DNA of 64,000 nucleotides from NCBI RefSeq assembly GCF_009914755.1, contig NC_060947.1; one strand, written 5' to 3'. The notes beneath the pieces were generated by a model. The model worked only from the letters and a program-made list of their open reading frames with translations. It did not search any database and had not been told where the DNA came from. The DNA is from the human T2T-CHM13v2.0 reference genome, Homo sapiens. This document shows, one piece after another, positions 30,031-44,256 of the stretch. Numbering within the stretch: position 1 is the first letter of the stretch; each line of letters begins with the position of its first letter. The position numbers and the translations under genes were made by a program.

Positions 30031-31760
30031 ACAAAGATGAAATTCACATAACAATCTGTGATATTTAGTACATTCACAATGTTGTGCAACCATCACCTCT
30101 ATCTAATTTCTAAACATTTGCATCACCATAAAATAAAACCTCATACTCATTCGGCAGTTAGTCCTCATTCTTCCCCTCCCCTCAGTTCGTGGCAACCACC
30201 AATCTGCTTTCTGTCTCTATGGATTTACCTATTCCAGACATTTTATGAAGATGGAATCATACAGTATGTAACCTATTATGATTGGCTTCTTTCAGTTAGC
30301 TTAATGTTTTCAAGGTTCATTCATGTTTCAGCATGTTATCAGTACTTCGTTCCCTTTATGGCTGAATAATATTCCACTGTGTGGATATACCAAAATTTTG
30401 TTTATCTGTTTATTAATTGATGTACATTCGGTATGTTTCCACTTTTGGTGCTGCTAAGAACATTTGTGCAAAAGTATTTGTTTGAGTCCTTATTTTCAAT
30501 TCCTTTGGGTATATACCGAGGAGTGGAATTGTGGGGTCAAATGGTAATTCTATGTTTAACTTTTTGAGAGACCGCCAAACTGTTTTTGATAGCAGGTGCA
30601 ACATTTTAAATTCCCACCAGCAATGTATGAGGGTTCCAATTTCTTCACCTTCTCACCAACACTTGTTATTTTCTTCTTTTTTAATTATAGCCATTCTAGT
30701 GGGTGGGAAGTGGTATGCTGTGGTTTCGGTTGTCATTTTTCTGATGACTAATAATGTTGAACATCATTACATATGCTTGTTGGCCATTTATATATCTTCT
30801 TTGGGAATAAATCTATTTAAGTCCTTTGCCTGTTTTTTATTGTGTTGTCTTTTTTATTGTTGCATTTTAGGTGTTATGTGTATATTCTAGAGACTAGGTT
30901 TTAATTAGCCATATGATTTGCAAATGTTTTCTCCCATTCCGTAGGTCTTTTCATTTTCTTGATAACGTCCTTTGATGCCCAAAAGTTTTTATGAAGTCCA
31001 ATTTATCTATTTTGTTGTTGTTGTTCATGTTCTTAGGGTCATAAAGTTCCATTGCGAAATTCAAGGTCATGAAGATTTACTTCTATGTTTTCTTTTAAGA
31101 GTTTTACAGTTTTAACTCCTATGTTTAGGTTGTTGATCAGTTTTGAGCTGAATTTTGTATATGATATAAGGTAGGAGTCCAACTTCATTCTTTTCTCTGT
31201 GGATATCCAGTTGTCACACTACCATTTGTTGAAGACTAATCTTTGCCTCATTGAGTGGTGTTGGCACCCTGGTTGAAAATCAATTGGCCATAGATTAATG
31301 GGTTTAGGGGCCAGGCATGGTGGCTCACGCCTGTAATCCCAGCACTTTGGGAGGCTGAGGCTAGCGAATCACTTGAGGTCAGGAGTTCCAGACCAACCTG
31401 GCCAATGTGGCAAAACACCGTCTCTACCAAAAATACAAAAATTAGCCGGGCATGGTGTAGTCTCAGCTACCTGGGTGCCTGTAATCCCAGCTCCCCAGGA
31501 AGCTGAGGCAGGAGAATCGCTTGACCTGGGAGGTGGAGGTTGCAGTGAGCCTAGATCGAACCACTGCTCTCCAGCCTGGGAGACAGAGCAAGACTCTGTC
31601 TTAAAAAAAAAAAATGGATTTATTTCTGAATTCTCAAGCCTATTTCATTGGTCTATATGTCTATACTTATACCAGTGCTACATTGTTTTGATTACTATTG
31701 CTTTGTGGTAAGTCTTAAAATCAGGACGTGAGTCTTCTTGTTTTTCAATATTGTTTTGAG
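30030..31760 (-). mobile_element. L1MB-type 3' fragment (nested), interrupted by an Alu
   Basis: atttagtacattcacaatgttgtgcaaccatcacc; ORF2 C-terminal remnant (LKKLNIELPFDPTIPLLGIYPKE). Confidence 0.75.
31309..31614 (+). mobile_element. AluS with a small internal duplication
   Basis: Alu body with A tail. TSD-like aatgggttta / aatggattta. Extra tgtagtctcagctac precedes tgcctgtaatcccagct. Confidence 0.9.
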
Positions 31761-32481
31761 GTGATCACATGATTTTTAGTCTTTGCCTGTTAACATAGCA
31801 TATTATGGTAATATGGTGGTATGTATGATTAACATGGATTGACTTTTGCATATTGAACTACCCTTGCACACCAAGAATAAACTCAACTTGATCATGGTAT
31901 ATAAAACTTTTTTATAAATTGCTGAAACTTTCTTAAGGATTTTTGTGTCTATATTCATGGGAAATATTGGTCTGCAGGGTTTTTTTTTTTTCTTGCTTGT
32001 ACAGTGTTTGTCTTTGCTGTCAAGGTAATACAATGAGTTGGGAGGTGTTTCCTCTTCTCTTTTCTGTAGGATATTATGTAGAATTGGTGCTAATTCTTCT
32101 TTAAACAACTAATATAATTCTTTAGTGAGGTCATCTGGGCTTAAAGTTTTCATTTCAGATTTTTAAATTATGAATTTGATTTCTTTCATAATTATATAGC
32201 CATTCAGATTATTTCATATTGGGTAAATTTTGGCAGTTTGTGCTTTTATAATGATTGGTCCATTTTATCTAAGTTTCCAAATTTATATGTGTATTCATAG
32301 TAGTAGTCCCTTATTATCCTTTTCATGTCTGCAGTCTATAGTAACATCTCCCTTTTCAATCAGAGTATTGGTAATTTGCATCTTCCCTTTTTCCTTTGTC
32401 AGTCTTGCTAGAGATTGGTACATTTTATTAATTTTATGAAAGAACTAGATTTGTATTGGGTTTCTCTATTGTTTTTCTCTC

Positions 32482-32716
32482 TTTAATATTATTATTAATA
32501 TTAAATTATTATTTATTTAATAATTAATAATATTTAATATTTAATATAATATTTATTAAATTTAAAATATTATTTATTAAATATAATATTATTATTTATT
32601 ATTAAAATAATTTAATAAAAATTATTAAATATAAAATAATATAATATAATATTTAATATAAATATTAATATTTAATAATTTAATAATTAATAATAATAAA
32701 AATATTATTAATATTA
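32482..32716. repeat. 235-bp tract containing only A and T
   Basis: No G or C between 32482 and 32716. Abuts an L1MA 3' end. Confidence 0.92.
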
Positions 32717-32717
32717 C

Positions 32718-32940
32718 GTTTATTGATACAAATATTTGTACATCTTCATGCGGTACATATGATATTTTGTTAAATGCATAGACTGTGAAAGTATCAAGTT
32801 AGGGTACTTGGGGTGTCCATTATCGCTAATATTTATCATTTCTATGTGTTGGGAACATTGCAAGTCCTCTCTCCTAGCTATTTAGAAATATACAATACAT
32901 TGTTGTTAGCTATGGTCACCATATACTCTGCTATCAAACT
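32718..32940 (-). mobile_element. Short L1MA-type 3' end
   Basis: tttattgatacaaatatttgtacat...atttatcatttctatgtgttgggaacatt...gaaatatacaatacattgttgttagctat. Confidence 0.75.
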
Positions 32941-35045
32941 GTCTTCAGTATTATTGATTTTTATTATTATTTTCTTCCTTCTGCTTGCTTTGGGTTTATT
33001 TTATTCTTATTCTTGTAGGTTCCTTAAGTGGAAGCTTATATTATTAATTTTAGATTTTCCCTCATTTCTAACACAAAAATTTAGTTTTATACATTATCAT
33101 CTCAGCACAGCTTTACCTGTGTCCCACAAATTTTGATACATTGTATTTTCACTTTAATTCAGTTCAATGTAATTTTTATTTCTTTTAAGACCTCGTTAAC
33201 CCATGAATTTGTTTCAAAGTATGCTTTTTAATTTCTAAGTGTTTGTAGATTTTCAAGTTGTCTCTCTGTTATTGTTTTCCAATTTGATTCCATCATAGAG
33301 AAAACATCATTTATTATTTGAATTCTTTTAATATTTTGTGGATTGTTTTATCACCAAAAATATGTCTATATTGGTATATATTTCTTGGGTGTTTGAAGTA
33401 ATGTAAATTATATTCTTTTCAGGTGGAGCAATCTATACATTTTATTTAGGCCTTATTGAAACCTGTTGTTGGGCTCTTATACATCTTGCTGATTTTCTGT
33501 GTAGTTGTTCTATCAGTTGTTGAGAGAGGGTGTTGAAGTCCCCATCTATAAAGGTGAATTTTTCTATTTCTCCGTTCAGTTCTAAAAACGTTTGCTTCCT
33601 ATATTTGCAGGTCTTCTGTTTAAAGCATACACATTTAAAAGTACTATGTCTTGTTGGTGGATTGACACTTTCAGCATTATGTAATGTCCCTATCTGTCGC
33701 TGGTATTTTTTTTTTTTTTTGCTCTGAAGTCTACTTTATCTAATATCACTAGAGCCACCTCTGTTACTTTTTAAAATTAATATTTGCATGGTGTATCTTT
33801 TTCCATTATTTTACTTTCAGCCTTTCTAAATCATTATATCTGAGGTGAGCATCTTGCAACAGCATATCATTGGATCATGTTATCTTCTTTGCCAATCTCT
33901 GTCTTTTAATTGGTATGTTTAGACCATTTTCATTTATTGTATTTATTGATAAATTAGTGCTTAGTTCTGCCAATTTATTTTTGTTTTCTGTTTGTTCTCT
34001 GGTTTTTTGTTTTTCTATTTTCTTTTTTCTGACTTCCTGTGGGTTACTCAAACAATGTTTAGAATTCCATTTGGTTCATGTATAGCATTTTTGAATCTAT
34101 CTTTTTGTATAGCATTTTTAGGGATCACTCTAGGTATTACATTATATATATGCATAACATAATAATCTACTGGTGTCAACATTTTGCCAGTTTCAGTGAA
34201 GTATAGAAACCCTACCTCTCCTTTCACCCCTTTACTTTCCTCTATTTATAATGTAATTGTGTTAAATATTCCTTCCACATACATTTACAGACACATCAGA
34301 CAATGTTATAATCGATGATTTAACCTTCAAACATAATTTGGAAAACTCAAGAGGAGAAGGAAAGTCCATTATATTTACCCATAATTTTTTCTCTTTCCAT
34401 TGGTCTTTATTCCCTTCTAATGTTCAATATCCTTTCTTTTATCATTTCCTTTCTGCTTAGAGAATTTTCTTTAGATATTCTCTTTGTAGAGGCATATTGT
34501 TGACTAATTTTGTTAGTGTCTCTTGATCTGAGAATGTCTTGATCTCCCTTTCATATCTGAAGCATATTTTCACTGAGTATAGGGTTCTGGGTTGACAGTT
34601 CTCTTTATTCAGCATTTGAAAAATATTATGCTACTTCCTTCTGGAATCCATGGTTTATGAACAAAAATTCACTCTCATTCAAGTTATTTTTCTTCTATAG
34701 GTATCATTTCTCTTTCACTGTATTCAAGGCTTTTCTCTTCATGTTTCAGAAGTTTTGTTGTTACAGGTCTTGGAGTGGATTTCTTTATATTTATACTGTT
34801 TGAGGTTCACTCAGCTTCTTAAATTTCCAGATGTATGTCTTTTGTCAAATTTGGGGAGTTTTCAGCAATTATGTCTTTGAATACTTTTTTTTTTTTTTTT
34901 TGGTCTCATTCTCTTTCTCATCTCCTTCTGGAATTCCAGTGACATGAAAGTTAGATCTTTTGTTTGTAATTCTGTATGTCCCTGAGTCTATGTTTACTTT
35001 TTTTTCCAGGATATCTTCTCTCTGTTGTTCAGATTGATCATTTCT

Positions 35046-35260
35046 TTTTATTTTATTTTATTTTATTTTATTTTATTATTATTATACTTTAAGTTTTAGG
35101 GTACATGTGCACAATGTGCAGGTTAGTTACATATGTATACATGTGCCATGCTGGTGTGCTGCACCCATTAACTCGTCATTTAGCATTAGGTATATCTCCT
35201 AATGCTATCCCTCCTCCCTCCCCCCTCCCCCCACCCCACAACAGTCCCCAGAGTGTGATG
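35046..35260 (-). mobile_element. Short L1PA4-like 3' fragment with (TTTTA)n tail
   Basis: ttatactttaagttttagggtacatgtgcacaatgtgcagg...cattaactcgtcatttagcattagg. Short TSD tttct. Confidence 0.88.
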
Positions 35261-37113
35261 TTTCTATTGTTCTATCTTAATTCTTTCCTCTGTTCTTACC
35301 ATTATCCTCTTGATTTGATTCACTGAATTTATTTCCATTATTGTATTTTTCATTTCTAAAATTTCCATTTGGTTCTTTTTTATATGTTCTGTTTCTCTGC
35401 TGAGAATTCTGATTACTTTGCTGAGACTTTCTATATTTTTTTCATTTGCTTCCAAGCATGGTTGTAATTGTTGGTTGAAGCACTTTAATGATTACTTCTT
35501 TAAAATCCTTGTCAGGCAGTTCTGACATCTGTGTCATCTTGCTGTTGGCATCTGCCGATAATATTTTCCATTCCATTTGATATCTTACTGGTTCTTGGTC
35601 TGACAAGTGCTTTGCTACTGAAACTTGGGCATTTTGGATATTGCATTATAAGACTGGATCTTATTTAAATTTTCTGTTTTAGCTGACTTCCTCTGACACT
35701 GCTCTGGCAGGGAAGGCGGGCACCATCTTATTCTTCATTGACATCAGGGAGGATGGAGCTCCTCATTACTGCTGGACAGGGGTGAGGATTCCAACTCCCT
35801 ACTAGGCTTTTACTGATACTACTCTAGTGCGGATAGGGAAGGGCACCTCATTACTGCTATGTGGGGGTGGAGTCTAGGCTCCTCATTTGGCTTTTGTTGA
35901 TGGAATATAATGGGACTGCATTTTCTTCTATGGTGTTTGGCTGGAGTAGAGCAGTTATTGTCTAAAAGTTTTCTGTCTTGCTAGGTTACCTCTTTCCTGG
36001 TCTTTTGGCTAGAAAGAGCAGGCTTTTGTTGGGGCTTCTTTGTTAGTGCCCATTGGCATTCTGGGTTTCTGGCTTCTTCAGCTCCAAGTCTGGTATATAT
36101 GAGGCAGAAACAAAATCCAGAGAACTCGCCACTGCATCATTGCTCAGGTCCCAAGGTCCCTAACCAGTATACTTTTTTCTTTCCACCTTTTAATGTCTTA
36201 TTATGTTTGTTTTATATATAATGCCCAGAGGTTTTAGTGATACTCAGTGAGAGAATGGGGAAAAGTACTTCTCCATATTTCCAGAGGCAGAGGTTTAGAC
36301 TTGAGATTTTAGAGGCTGATGCTGTACTGCCAAGGAGGTTTATGGGAAGTAGAGCTGTCCTTATATATTAATGTCTTAGTGGAGCTCTTATTTCATGTCT
36401 ACATCATGAAAAACAAAAAGAAATGAAACTTTACCTGGGTTTGCATATGTCTGCTTATCTGTCACTGGAGGAGTAGCCATGATCATAACCTGCTCAGTCA
36501 GTTTCCTTTACATCAGTGCACCAGGGTTTCATGAGCCCCCTTTCAATATCTGTTGCTCCCTTCCTGTGTCTGTCAGGCTTTGAACTGTTAGCTCACTTGG
36601 CTGTATCCTAACAGTGCCACAGTTGGTGGCTGCTTCTTCTATGAACCATAAGGCTTACTCTAGTAGAGCTGAAGAGGCCCTAAGCCATCACCTAATTTAG
36701 CCACCATGTTTTCATATAAGGAAATTGCATCTCAGAGAACAGAGGAAGTTTTCCTGGATCTCACTGCATATCACACAAAAGCAAATCCAGACGTAGGACC
36801 CAGATATCATACTTGTAGGCCCAGTGTTATTTTAGTCACATGAAGCTGCTCCTCCATCCACCCCTCTACCTTCCAGTGAACTTTGTTCTTTCCTCTGGTC
36901 AAGGACTGTCATTTTATCCCAGCCAACTGTCTCACAAAAATGCCCCTCATTCTTGGGGGTGGGGGTGCTCAATGAGGGTGGTGGGTGGGAGGAAGGGAAA
37001 AGGAATGTGGCTGACTCCACACAAACCTGTCTTCAGAGTGAAAGTCTGTGATTCACGGGGTCAGTGGTCTCATCTTCATATCTGAAAGACAGTGTACTTT
37101 TTGTCTCCCTAAG

Positions 37114-37176
37114 CCCTGTGTCTAGGTCGTTTGGGAAACGCCTTGGAGAGTCAAGAATAAATTTGCAGGTCAAACA
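37114..37176 (+). other. MAMLD1: Probable 5'UTR part of the ATG exon
   Basis: Pyrimidine tract ctttttgtctccct followed by aag (AG at 37112-37113). Other AGs lie at 37124-25 and 37167-68, and the exon may also act as a first exon, so the start is uncertain. Confidence 0.55.
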
Positions 37177-37272
37177 ATGGATGACTGGAAAAGTCGGCTT
37201 GTAATCAAGAGCATGCTTCCCCATTTCGCCATGGTGGGAAATCGTCAGGAGCCCAGAAAGCTCCAGGAATCG
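37177..37272 (+). CDS. MAMLD1: MAMLD1 first coding exon, codons 1-32 (MDDWKSRLVIKSMLPHFAMVGNRQEPRKLQES)
   Basis: ATG in strong Kozak context (acaATGG). The peptide matches the MAMLD1 N-terminus as I recall it. Phase-0 donor TCG|gtcaga at 37273 joins in frame to the next two exons. Confidence 0.93.
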
Positions 37273-39899
37273 GTCAGACAATGGGCCATGGGGGGAGGGG
37301 GGTATTTAATGCTTCTAATCTTAAACTTGAACGTAAGATGTGTTATTGAAATTTTCTGTGCAAACTTGGTGGCAGGGATCCAACTCAAAATATAAGGAAT
37401 TCAAATGTGATCTAGAAGAGATCTAGGAGATGAGCTGATCCCACCCCTTGTGGGTTTCTAGAAGAGCTGGAAATATAGTCTAAGGTTCCATATAGCCTCC
37501 CAGTCTAGTAGTGATCACTGCATTGCACCCATTCAATAAGAAAAATGAGGAAGGATGAGAGAGGGAAGACGAGTTTACTTTTTCTCTTAATAGAAGCCAG
37601 TCAGAATGGCAAGCACTAGATATATTGCATGAGCTTCCTAGTATGACTGAGAACAAAAAGCTAGTGAGTAGGCACAGAGAGGTCTTCCCATTCAACTTTC
37701 TGGCCCTGTTGTCCTTTTAGAAACTCATCTGACACACTTCTACTTTCCTCCCTGGGAACTCAGACATCATCCAAGTGTTCTGAACCTCAGGATTAGGGAT
37801 TCCAGTGGTAGTTCTAGGAGCAGGATGATGATAGAAGGGACTATGAGAGCCATTGACTAGTTTAATTTGACAATAAAAGCCTGCAACACCACCAATCTAC
37901 CAAGATTAGCTCTGTTAGCAGGAATTGCAGCAAACACAATAGCTGTTATCTCAGGGTATTAGGGCCACAGAGGAGTGGCTTGCTTAATCTCTGGAATTAA
38001 TAGAGCAGAGAGGAAATGGCTCTTATAGAGCCGTGGGTCGGCTTCCTTCCTTTTCATAGAACTGGAAGCCCTGGGCTCTGAGGTAATGCCATTTCACATA
38101 ACTAGAGGGCCTGTCTTCTCCAATTCCCAGGGCAATCCACTTTCAGCAAGTCAGCTTTCAATTTATTTTAAAATTCTGATATGTGCACAGATGTGGATGG
38201 AGGTGATTGAAATCTTGTTTTCTCTTTGTTTCCTCATTGTCAACCACCAACAATGTATTGAGAATGTGCTATCAAGTTGAGCATGTAGACATTTACAAAA
38301 CTGTTTACTGCACTCCCCAGCTCTCACAGAGATTGCAGTCAGGTGGGATGGCAGAGATGGAGACATTACTTGGCCAGCAGCCTGTCCAAATTGCCAGGCC
38401 TTAGGCCTCTTCTAGAAAGAAATCTCTAACCTCCATCCTAATTACCCTTTATATTTCATGCTTCTCTTTTATGATCAACAATTGAGTCAGTAAAGAAAAA
38501 CCTGATAATGCTCCCAGAGTCCGTGATCAGTTTTAGCATGACTTTAAATTTCTCTTTTATTTCCCACTTGTTTCCATTCACTTGGGCCAAATTGTAGAAG
38601 AAAGTGTTGATGGATTGTGGATGCAGGGGTCCTCTTCCCCTTCTCCCCAACTCCATCAACACTCTTAAAAAGTGTGGCCAGTAAGTAACTGCTTTGGTTT
38701 TGATCAGTGTACAGTTGAATGCACAGATTCCAGTGGGGGTTGTCCTTAGAATAGGTCCTTGGAGTGGCCATCTGTGCATTTACTCTGGAAAAGTTGTCAT
38801 TGCTTACGTCATTTCCAGGCTTGGCTTCTCTTTGCAGATGGCCTTTAGAGCCCTTTGTAAGCTTTGCCAAAAATTCACATTCATTGCTTTAGAGTCACAC
38901 TTTGGATTTGATCAAGATCAGCCCTCTGCCTCCTCTATGCCACACCTTGTTCTCTGAAAGAGTTCTCTGTTGGTTCTGAGTGGCTTGACTCTTTCTAAAA
39001 CTTCAAGCTGTCCTAGAAGACCAAGAATTCACCCCAGTTGAGGAGAACAAAGAATTTTAAAAATTTGCCTCAGCCTCCAAAAGCAACTCTCTCAGATGGT
39101 CTTCTTCACAGTTGAAACAGCATTGGATGACATTGAGAGAGCCCACTCCTTTGGCTGGACGTGACAGGTGCTGCTGTACGGTATCCCTGTAGCCTCAGAA
39201 AGGTACCCAGTGCTAATATGAAACTCTGCTGCACATGCTGAGGATCTCAGCATCTGGGTGCTTGTGAACTGAGGTTGACCAAATAAAAGCAGAATGGCCT
39301 GTGAGTCCACCAAGAAACCTGCAGTCCAAACAAGTTATTGTAAGGCCTGGAAGGTGAGTGGCCAAAGGAGGTCCTTTGCAAGAGCTGGGCTTGCATTTCC
39401 AGGGTGTAGCCTTAGCTGGATCTCAGATGTTTCCCTTGTTTGCTCTCCTTCTGACACTTAATAACACCCAGGGATGACACCCTGAACCCTAGTCCCAGGA
39501 AACCATGTGCATCTGGAAGCACGTTTCTTGCACCACTCTCCCTCATCCTGAAAACATCGCTAACAGAGATTTGCTTCAGGCATTCAGCTTAACTGGTTCT
39601 CTTGTTCTTTCCTAGAAAACAAACAAACAAACAAAAAACATGTTTCAAATCAATCTTGAAATAAAATGATATCAGTCCCAGAGGAGAGTTCTCTTTTAGC
39701 AGTCCTTGAATTTACATGGAAATAATTGTGAGCTCCCTTGAAGGAAAACGTGCATCTCACGTAACAGTTGTTCTTGGCCTAAGACTAGGGCTCAGAACAC
39801 CTGGGTTCTAGTCTTGCAGCTACTCCTCACTAGCTATGGGGCTTTGTCTATCCTTTGCCCTCCCTGAGAACAAAGTTCAAATGAACGAAAAGTAAGAAT

Positions 39900-40110
39900 A
39901 ACCACCTTTAATTCAGCATTGACTAGGTGCTAGGCACTTTACTAAGCATTTTTGGGGCATTATCTCCTGTAATCCTCATGATAACCCTGGGAAGAAGAAG
40001 CTATTATTATCTCCAGGAAACCGAGACTCAGAGAGATTAAGCAATTTGACCAAAGTCACAGATATAAGAAGTGGCAAACTCAGAGGCCAATGTCATCACC
40101 ACTATACTCT
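39900..40110 (-). mobile_element. MIR
   Basis: tgctaggcactttactaagcatt...taatcctcatgataaccct...gaaaccgagactcagagagattaagcaatttgaccaaagtcaca. Confidence 0.75.
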
Positions 40111-43100
40111 AATGCACATTGAAAACTACAAAATGCTGAATACATATCAGGCAGGGGCCATCACCATAAGAAATCTCAGTAATGCAAGTACCTTTTCAGC
40201 ATCTGTTCATTCATTTAATAGTGTGACTGGTTAATGACTCTGGCGATCTGGGGAACAGAAGAGTTTGACCTTTTGAACATTTGGGCATCTACCCAAGGTT
40301 AATAAGGCATCCAGTCTCTGCACTTAGTGTATGGAGTTTTAACAGGAGGCAGAACATTTTGTCCTTCCCTTTGAAGTTAAGATCACGATTCTTTCCCTAG
40401 ATCCCTAGATCAGTAGGTCAAAGGATTGCTAGTGTGAGAATTTAAAAGGCATTAGTACTCCAATTTGAGAGTGCTCCAGAGCCTGCATGGAGTTGAGACT
40501 CAGTGCGCATGTCACATGCCATCTCTGTCTCAGTCCATACCCCACCATAAGTGGCAAAGATTCCTCCAGCTCGGAGCAGGTACCTATTCCCTTCATAAGG
40601 CAGCTCCTAGACAAAATGAGGGTGCAAAGGGCATGAAATGTTCAGTTGGAGGAGGAAGGGGACACAGTACTTTTTGCACATCTTCTGTGTTCAGCCATTT
40701 AATATTAAGAAGCGACTCACTCTATAGATTACAATGGGATGCCGTGCCCAGTATTTCTTCTGAGCTTCCCAACCAGTCAGTGGTTGGGCAGGGTGGGGGG
40801 ATTATTATTATTCTCCTTCTTTATGGATAAAGAGAATAAAGTCTGAGAAATTCAGTGACTTTCAGAAGGATGGCCATCCAGAAGGTGGGGTGCTACATCA
40901 AGGTCCACATTTGGATGGCCCCAAGGGCAGTGTGCTTTCCATCTACAATACGATGAAAAACAACCCCTCAGCCCATATCTTTCTCACCTCTAAATGCAAG
41001 TAGGGCTGAAGACGGGGGAGAGAGGAGCCCTCAGTGTAACAGCGTATGTGGACATTTGGATGGCTGCAAAAATACTGGCCTCATTCTATCCATCCCTTTT
41101 CTTTAGACTGGTGACCTTAGACATATCCAGTAGGAGGAGCTCTAGTCACCTCCTCCCTTTGTGTTTATGTGACGGGGTTCAAGATTTGCGCCCATCAGCT
41201 TTGGAGGCATATACTTCTTGCAGAAAAAGTGCTGGACTCAGGAAGGAGTCCTCAGACTCGATTCAGGGTTGGAACAAGCTCTTTGTGAGATTTTGAGCAG
41301 GTTTCTTTCTTCTTGAGGTCAGAGGGCATGGGTATGAGCTCTAAGGGCCTGTCTATCTCTGGCCTCCTGCCACATTTCCAGGGTCCCTTCTGTGTGCCTG
41401 GCCCTGTGCTCGATCTTGAGCCCCAGGAATTCATAGTCTAGGGGCAAATTATTCCCAGGCTTCCTCCACTGGGAACAAATCTATCTTACTCTGTAGTTCT
41501 CGGTGAAACCTGGAGGCAAGTGTTTGAGCGTCTCTCTTGTGCAAGGTACTTTGTGCACATTCGCTCATTTGCTTCTGTGTCACAGAGATTGATATTTCCA
41601 CTTCCCCAGGGTGGAGACTGAGGCTCAGAAAGGATGGAGACTTTCCCAATGTCACACAGGCAGGAAGTTGTAGATCTCAAACTCAGGTGCCCTGCCTCCA
41701 AAGCTCTTCCTACTCCTATTCCCAGATTAGGAGCTCAGGTATTTCCAGGGCCTTCTGCAGGCCAGGCACTGTTCTCAGTGCCTTTCATTCCAGTGGCAGA
41801 GACAGCCCATAAACAGGTAAAGAGTAGAAGCAAACTTACTTCATTCTGGTAGCTCTCTGGGATGTTCTGACCAGCGTTGTCCACTGCCAAGCCTGGCAGA
41901 AAGCTAGGCTGCTTTAAAACCCTATGCAGGGGCAGCTAGCTGGGAACAGAGTGAGTTGTCGAAACAGCTCCCTTAGAAGCCTCAAGAGAAAACCCAGATT
42001 TACAGCTTTGAGTCTTTGCCAGCAGCCCCTGCTTCATGCAGGCTGAAGGCGCGGCACAGGTGCAAATCTGGCCCCAAGAGAGGGGAGCTCATGTTTATGG
42101 GTCCCCTTCCAAGACCCAGGTGATCCTAGGGGCTAGTTAATCTAGAGGCAACTGTCCCTGCCACTTACTGATAACTTGCATGAGCCTCTGGGCCTCAGTA
42201 TCCACATCAGTAAAGTAGGGTTAATAACTCTGCTCTTTGCCTGCGTCAGGGTTTCTGGGATGGTGATGAACAAGGTGTGGTTGTGCACGTGTTCCAAACC
42301 ACACAGGGCATGATCCTAAACCACACACTGCTGTGAGCACTTTTTTTTAATGATCAGAGGTTGGCATTGGCTCAGAGGTTTTTTGCCATCAGAAGAGTGA
42401 TGGAAAATGTGTGTCCTGACCCCTGAGGATGCCACAGTCTCATCAGCAGCCCCACTACACTGAGGAGACCTGAATCTGTAATGTAGCTGTGAGCATTCTG
42501 GGTCAAGGGCTGCAGTGTGTATGCGCCTTTCTACTTTGGGGATCCTCCCCATGGAGCACGCAGCTGTTCGCTCCCTTTGCTCCCTCCTCCTTTTTCTGCA
42601 GTAAGGGCTCCTTCCTGTTCCAGACACCCAACTGGGGTGAGAAGCCAGGCAGAGGCCTTGCCTTCACACAGACCTTTTTTTGCAAGAACTGAGCACTGCT
42701 CAGCTTGCAGGACACCACTGGGCTTGGCATCTGGGTCCTGCCTGGGTAGCCTGGCTTGGTAAACCAGTGACCTGCAAATCACAGTCTGTTTGAAGGGAGA
42801 GTGCTGGTGAGGGGAGCTCCATTTTTCAGCTGGTTTATGCAGGCACCTGGGAGCATGACACTGCCTATTTCTAAACTTTTAGGAGCCCATGCTGGCCTCA
42901 TCTGCATTCCTGCCTAGCTCTTTCCCACAGTTTCCTTGACATAAGGCCCAAGGTAACAGGTTTCTGGAGGTGGAACTGCCCCAGGAAGGAGAGGGATGCT
43001 GTTAGACTCCAGGACAGAGTTGAGGCTCAGAAGTGTGCACATTTCTAGGGAGTATGCAGACCCAGGGGCCAGCCCTGTGGGTGTGGGCCTGGGGTTCCTC

Positions 43101-44256
43101 AAACTCTGGGCTGGCCTGTGTAGGCTGAGGCCTCTTGCTTTTACTGAGAATCCACAGCTGGAAAGCCCAATGTTTCTCTTTTTACAGATAGATATTTGGG
43201 TTATAAGCTACCCCTGGAGTGCTGCATTCCAGACTTCTGGGGAGGAGGGACATGAGCTTCTAAGATTTGGGCAACAAATTTTGATTTCCGCAGTTGATAT
43301 AGAATAATTTGTTGGAAACCTTCCTCCTCCCCTTTTGCTTTTCCTTTCCCTCCCCTTCCTTCCTGCCTTTCCCTTCTCCTCCTCATCTCCCTCCTACCTT
43401 CTCACCAGATCTCCAACCCCTAAATTCCAAAGTTAGAAAGGCAAGCATCAGCCACAGGGAAGTGGATTTGACCACTGGGCACTCAAACCCAAGGCGCAGG
43501 CATGTCTCTGCTGTCATTGCCTCCCTCTCTCTTGCTCCGGGCCCCCTCAGCACAGGCCTGTCTTTGTCTGCCTCCCTCCAGTGCTGCAGGCTTCCATCAC
43601 CCTCTCAAGTCCCCATCCAGAGGCAGGGCTGGCATAGGTGCTCGCTTGCTCACTCACTGCCCTGACCCTGAGAGCTCCTGCTTCTATGCCCCTAGAGCTG
43701 TGGCTGAGTATATGGCACATAGTAAATGCTCAGTAAGATGCAGCTGCTGTTCATCTTGGCCAGAAGTCCCTTAGAAATCATCTAGGCCACCCACATTGCT
43801 GGACACAAGAGAAGGCCAGTGTCATACAGAGGGGAAGGGGTGCAATTAAAAAGTCATTGTCTCTAGGCCTTACACAGGAAATGGGAAAATAACAGAGTTA
43901 TTTGCAGAGTACCATTTTCTCCAATGGTTCATTCACATCCGCAGATGCCAGCTGAGCCCTGTCACGAGGCTTTGGGGTTACCAAGATGAATAGGAAACTA
44001 CCTGGCCTTCAGAGAGTTATGTGGTGGAGGTGGGAAATGCATAGACCTAACATGGCAGCCTCAAGTTTGGCCATAGCACCTAGGATGGTGATGGAAAGGG
44101 TAGAAGGTGAGACTGTATTATCATAGAGACCCTTGAGGGCCTGAGGGTGGAGGGTGTGCTTTAATCCACTAGCCCATGCAAATTGTTCAACAATGTACAA
44201 GACTATAAGAACAAGGCCCAAGGGTATCCTGGAGGGGATGATGTTTCTCTCCTCTC

